In this document: piece after piece, positions 63,250 through 64,000 of the stretch
Position numbering within the stretch: the first letter of the stretch is position 1
Layout of the letters: the number at the start of each line of letters is the position of its first letter
Origin: Mobula hypostoma
Lineage: Eukaryota
Length of the DNA stretch: 64,000 bases
Assembly: GCF_963921235.1 (NCBI RefSeq)
Contig: NC_086097.1
Coordinates: 62,250,001 to 62,314,000, forward strand
Direction of reading: 5' to 3'
Translations under genes and position numbers: made by a program
Notes under the pieces: generated by a model
What the model was told of the DNA's origin: nothing
The model's database searches: none
Seen by the model: only the letters and a program-made list of their open reading frames with translations

Positions 63250-63540
63250 AGATTAGTTTTATTTGTCACATGCACATCGAAGCATCAAAACATACAGTGA
63301 AATGTGTCATGCGCATCGAGAATGTGCAGGAGGCAGCTCGCAAGTTTTGCCATGCTTCTGACACCAGTATGGCATGCCCACAACTCATTAACCCTGACAT
63401 GATTGTCTTAGGAACGTGAGAGGAAATGCCCATGGTCATGGGGAGAACATACAAGCTACTTACAAGCAGCAGCGGGAATTGAAGCCTCATCTTACAGCTG
63501 ATGTTGTAAAGCATATGCTATCGGCTATGTTAACATGCCT
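63250..63540 (-). mobile_element. tRNA-derived SINE
   Basis: Reverse-complement similarity to 49040-49345. Confidence 0.6.
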
Positions 63541-63799
63541 GTTAGGTTTAGAAGGATATGACCCAAACTTGGGCAAATAGTTAGGAAAGACATCTCAGCT
63601 GGCATCGACTAATTGAGTTGAAAGATCTTTTCCAAGCTTTCTGACTCTACAACCTGCCATGAATTGTTTTTCCAGAGATCAGCTCACTGAGTCTACACCT
63701 AGCTCATGGAAGAATCGGAAATACCAAAGATCTCAAGGCAGCCAGATTATTAGAATATTAGTGTATTGCTATGAAGAGAATGTATAAACGCTGTTGATC

Positions 63800-64000
63800 G
63801 GGATTGGTTCTGGAATCCACTGCATGCTAGCAGCCCCACAGAAAGTCAACATTATTCTCTCCCTCAATTTTCCCTCTCAGCCCCAATCTCCTGCCTTCTC
63901 TCCATAGCCCTTCATGGCCTAACTAATCAAGAATCAACAAACCTCTGCCTTAAATATTCCAAATAATGGGCTCCACAGTCACCTGTGGCAATGGATTCCA
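63800..64000 (-). mobile_element. CR1 3' end running off the window
   Basis: Similar to 41950-42120. Confidence 0.7.

Overview
Repeat-dense vertebrate intergenic/intronic DNA, most likely from a cartilaginous fish (inferred from the mix of CR1, Rex1/Babar, Penelope, tRNA-SINE, L1 and Gypsy families). No host protein-coding gene can be supported, and most ORF-track entries are transposon debris or chance ORFs. Clearest structures: (1) a young 4.5-kb Gmr1-type Ty3/Gypsy LTR element (11577-16097, minus strand, 879-bp near-identical LTRs, CTAT target duplication) whose gag-pol is shrunken by internal deletions yet stays almost fully in frame, plus two solo LTRs of the same family; (2) a doubly truncated L1 fragment bracketed by a 288-bp near-perfect direct duplication; (3) many Penelope-derived insertions carrying minimal hammerhead ribozyme motifs, one apparently chimeric with an inverted Gypsy LTR; (4) two hAT-like non-autonomous DNA transposons, one with a 6-bp TSD; (5) a four-level nested insertion stack at 59.3-62.4 kb. 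Boundaries of old LINE fragments are approximate; boundaries defined by TSDs or LTR termini were read directly from the sequence.
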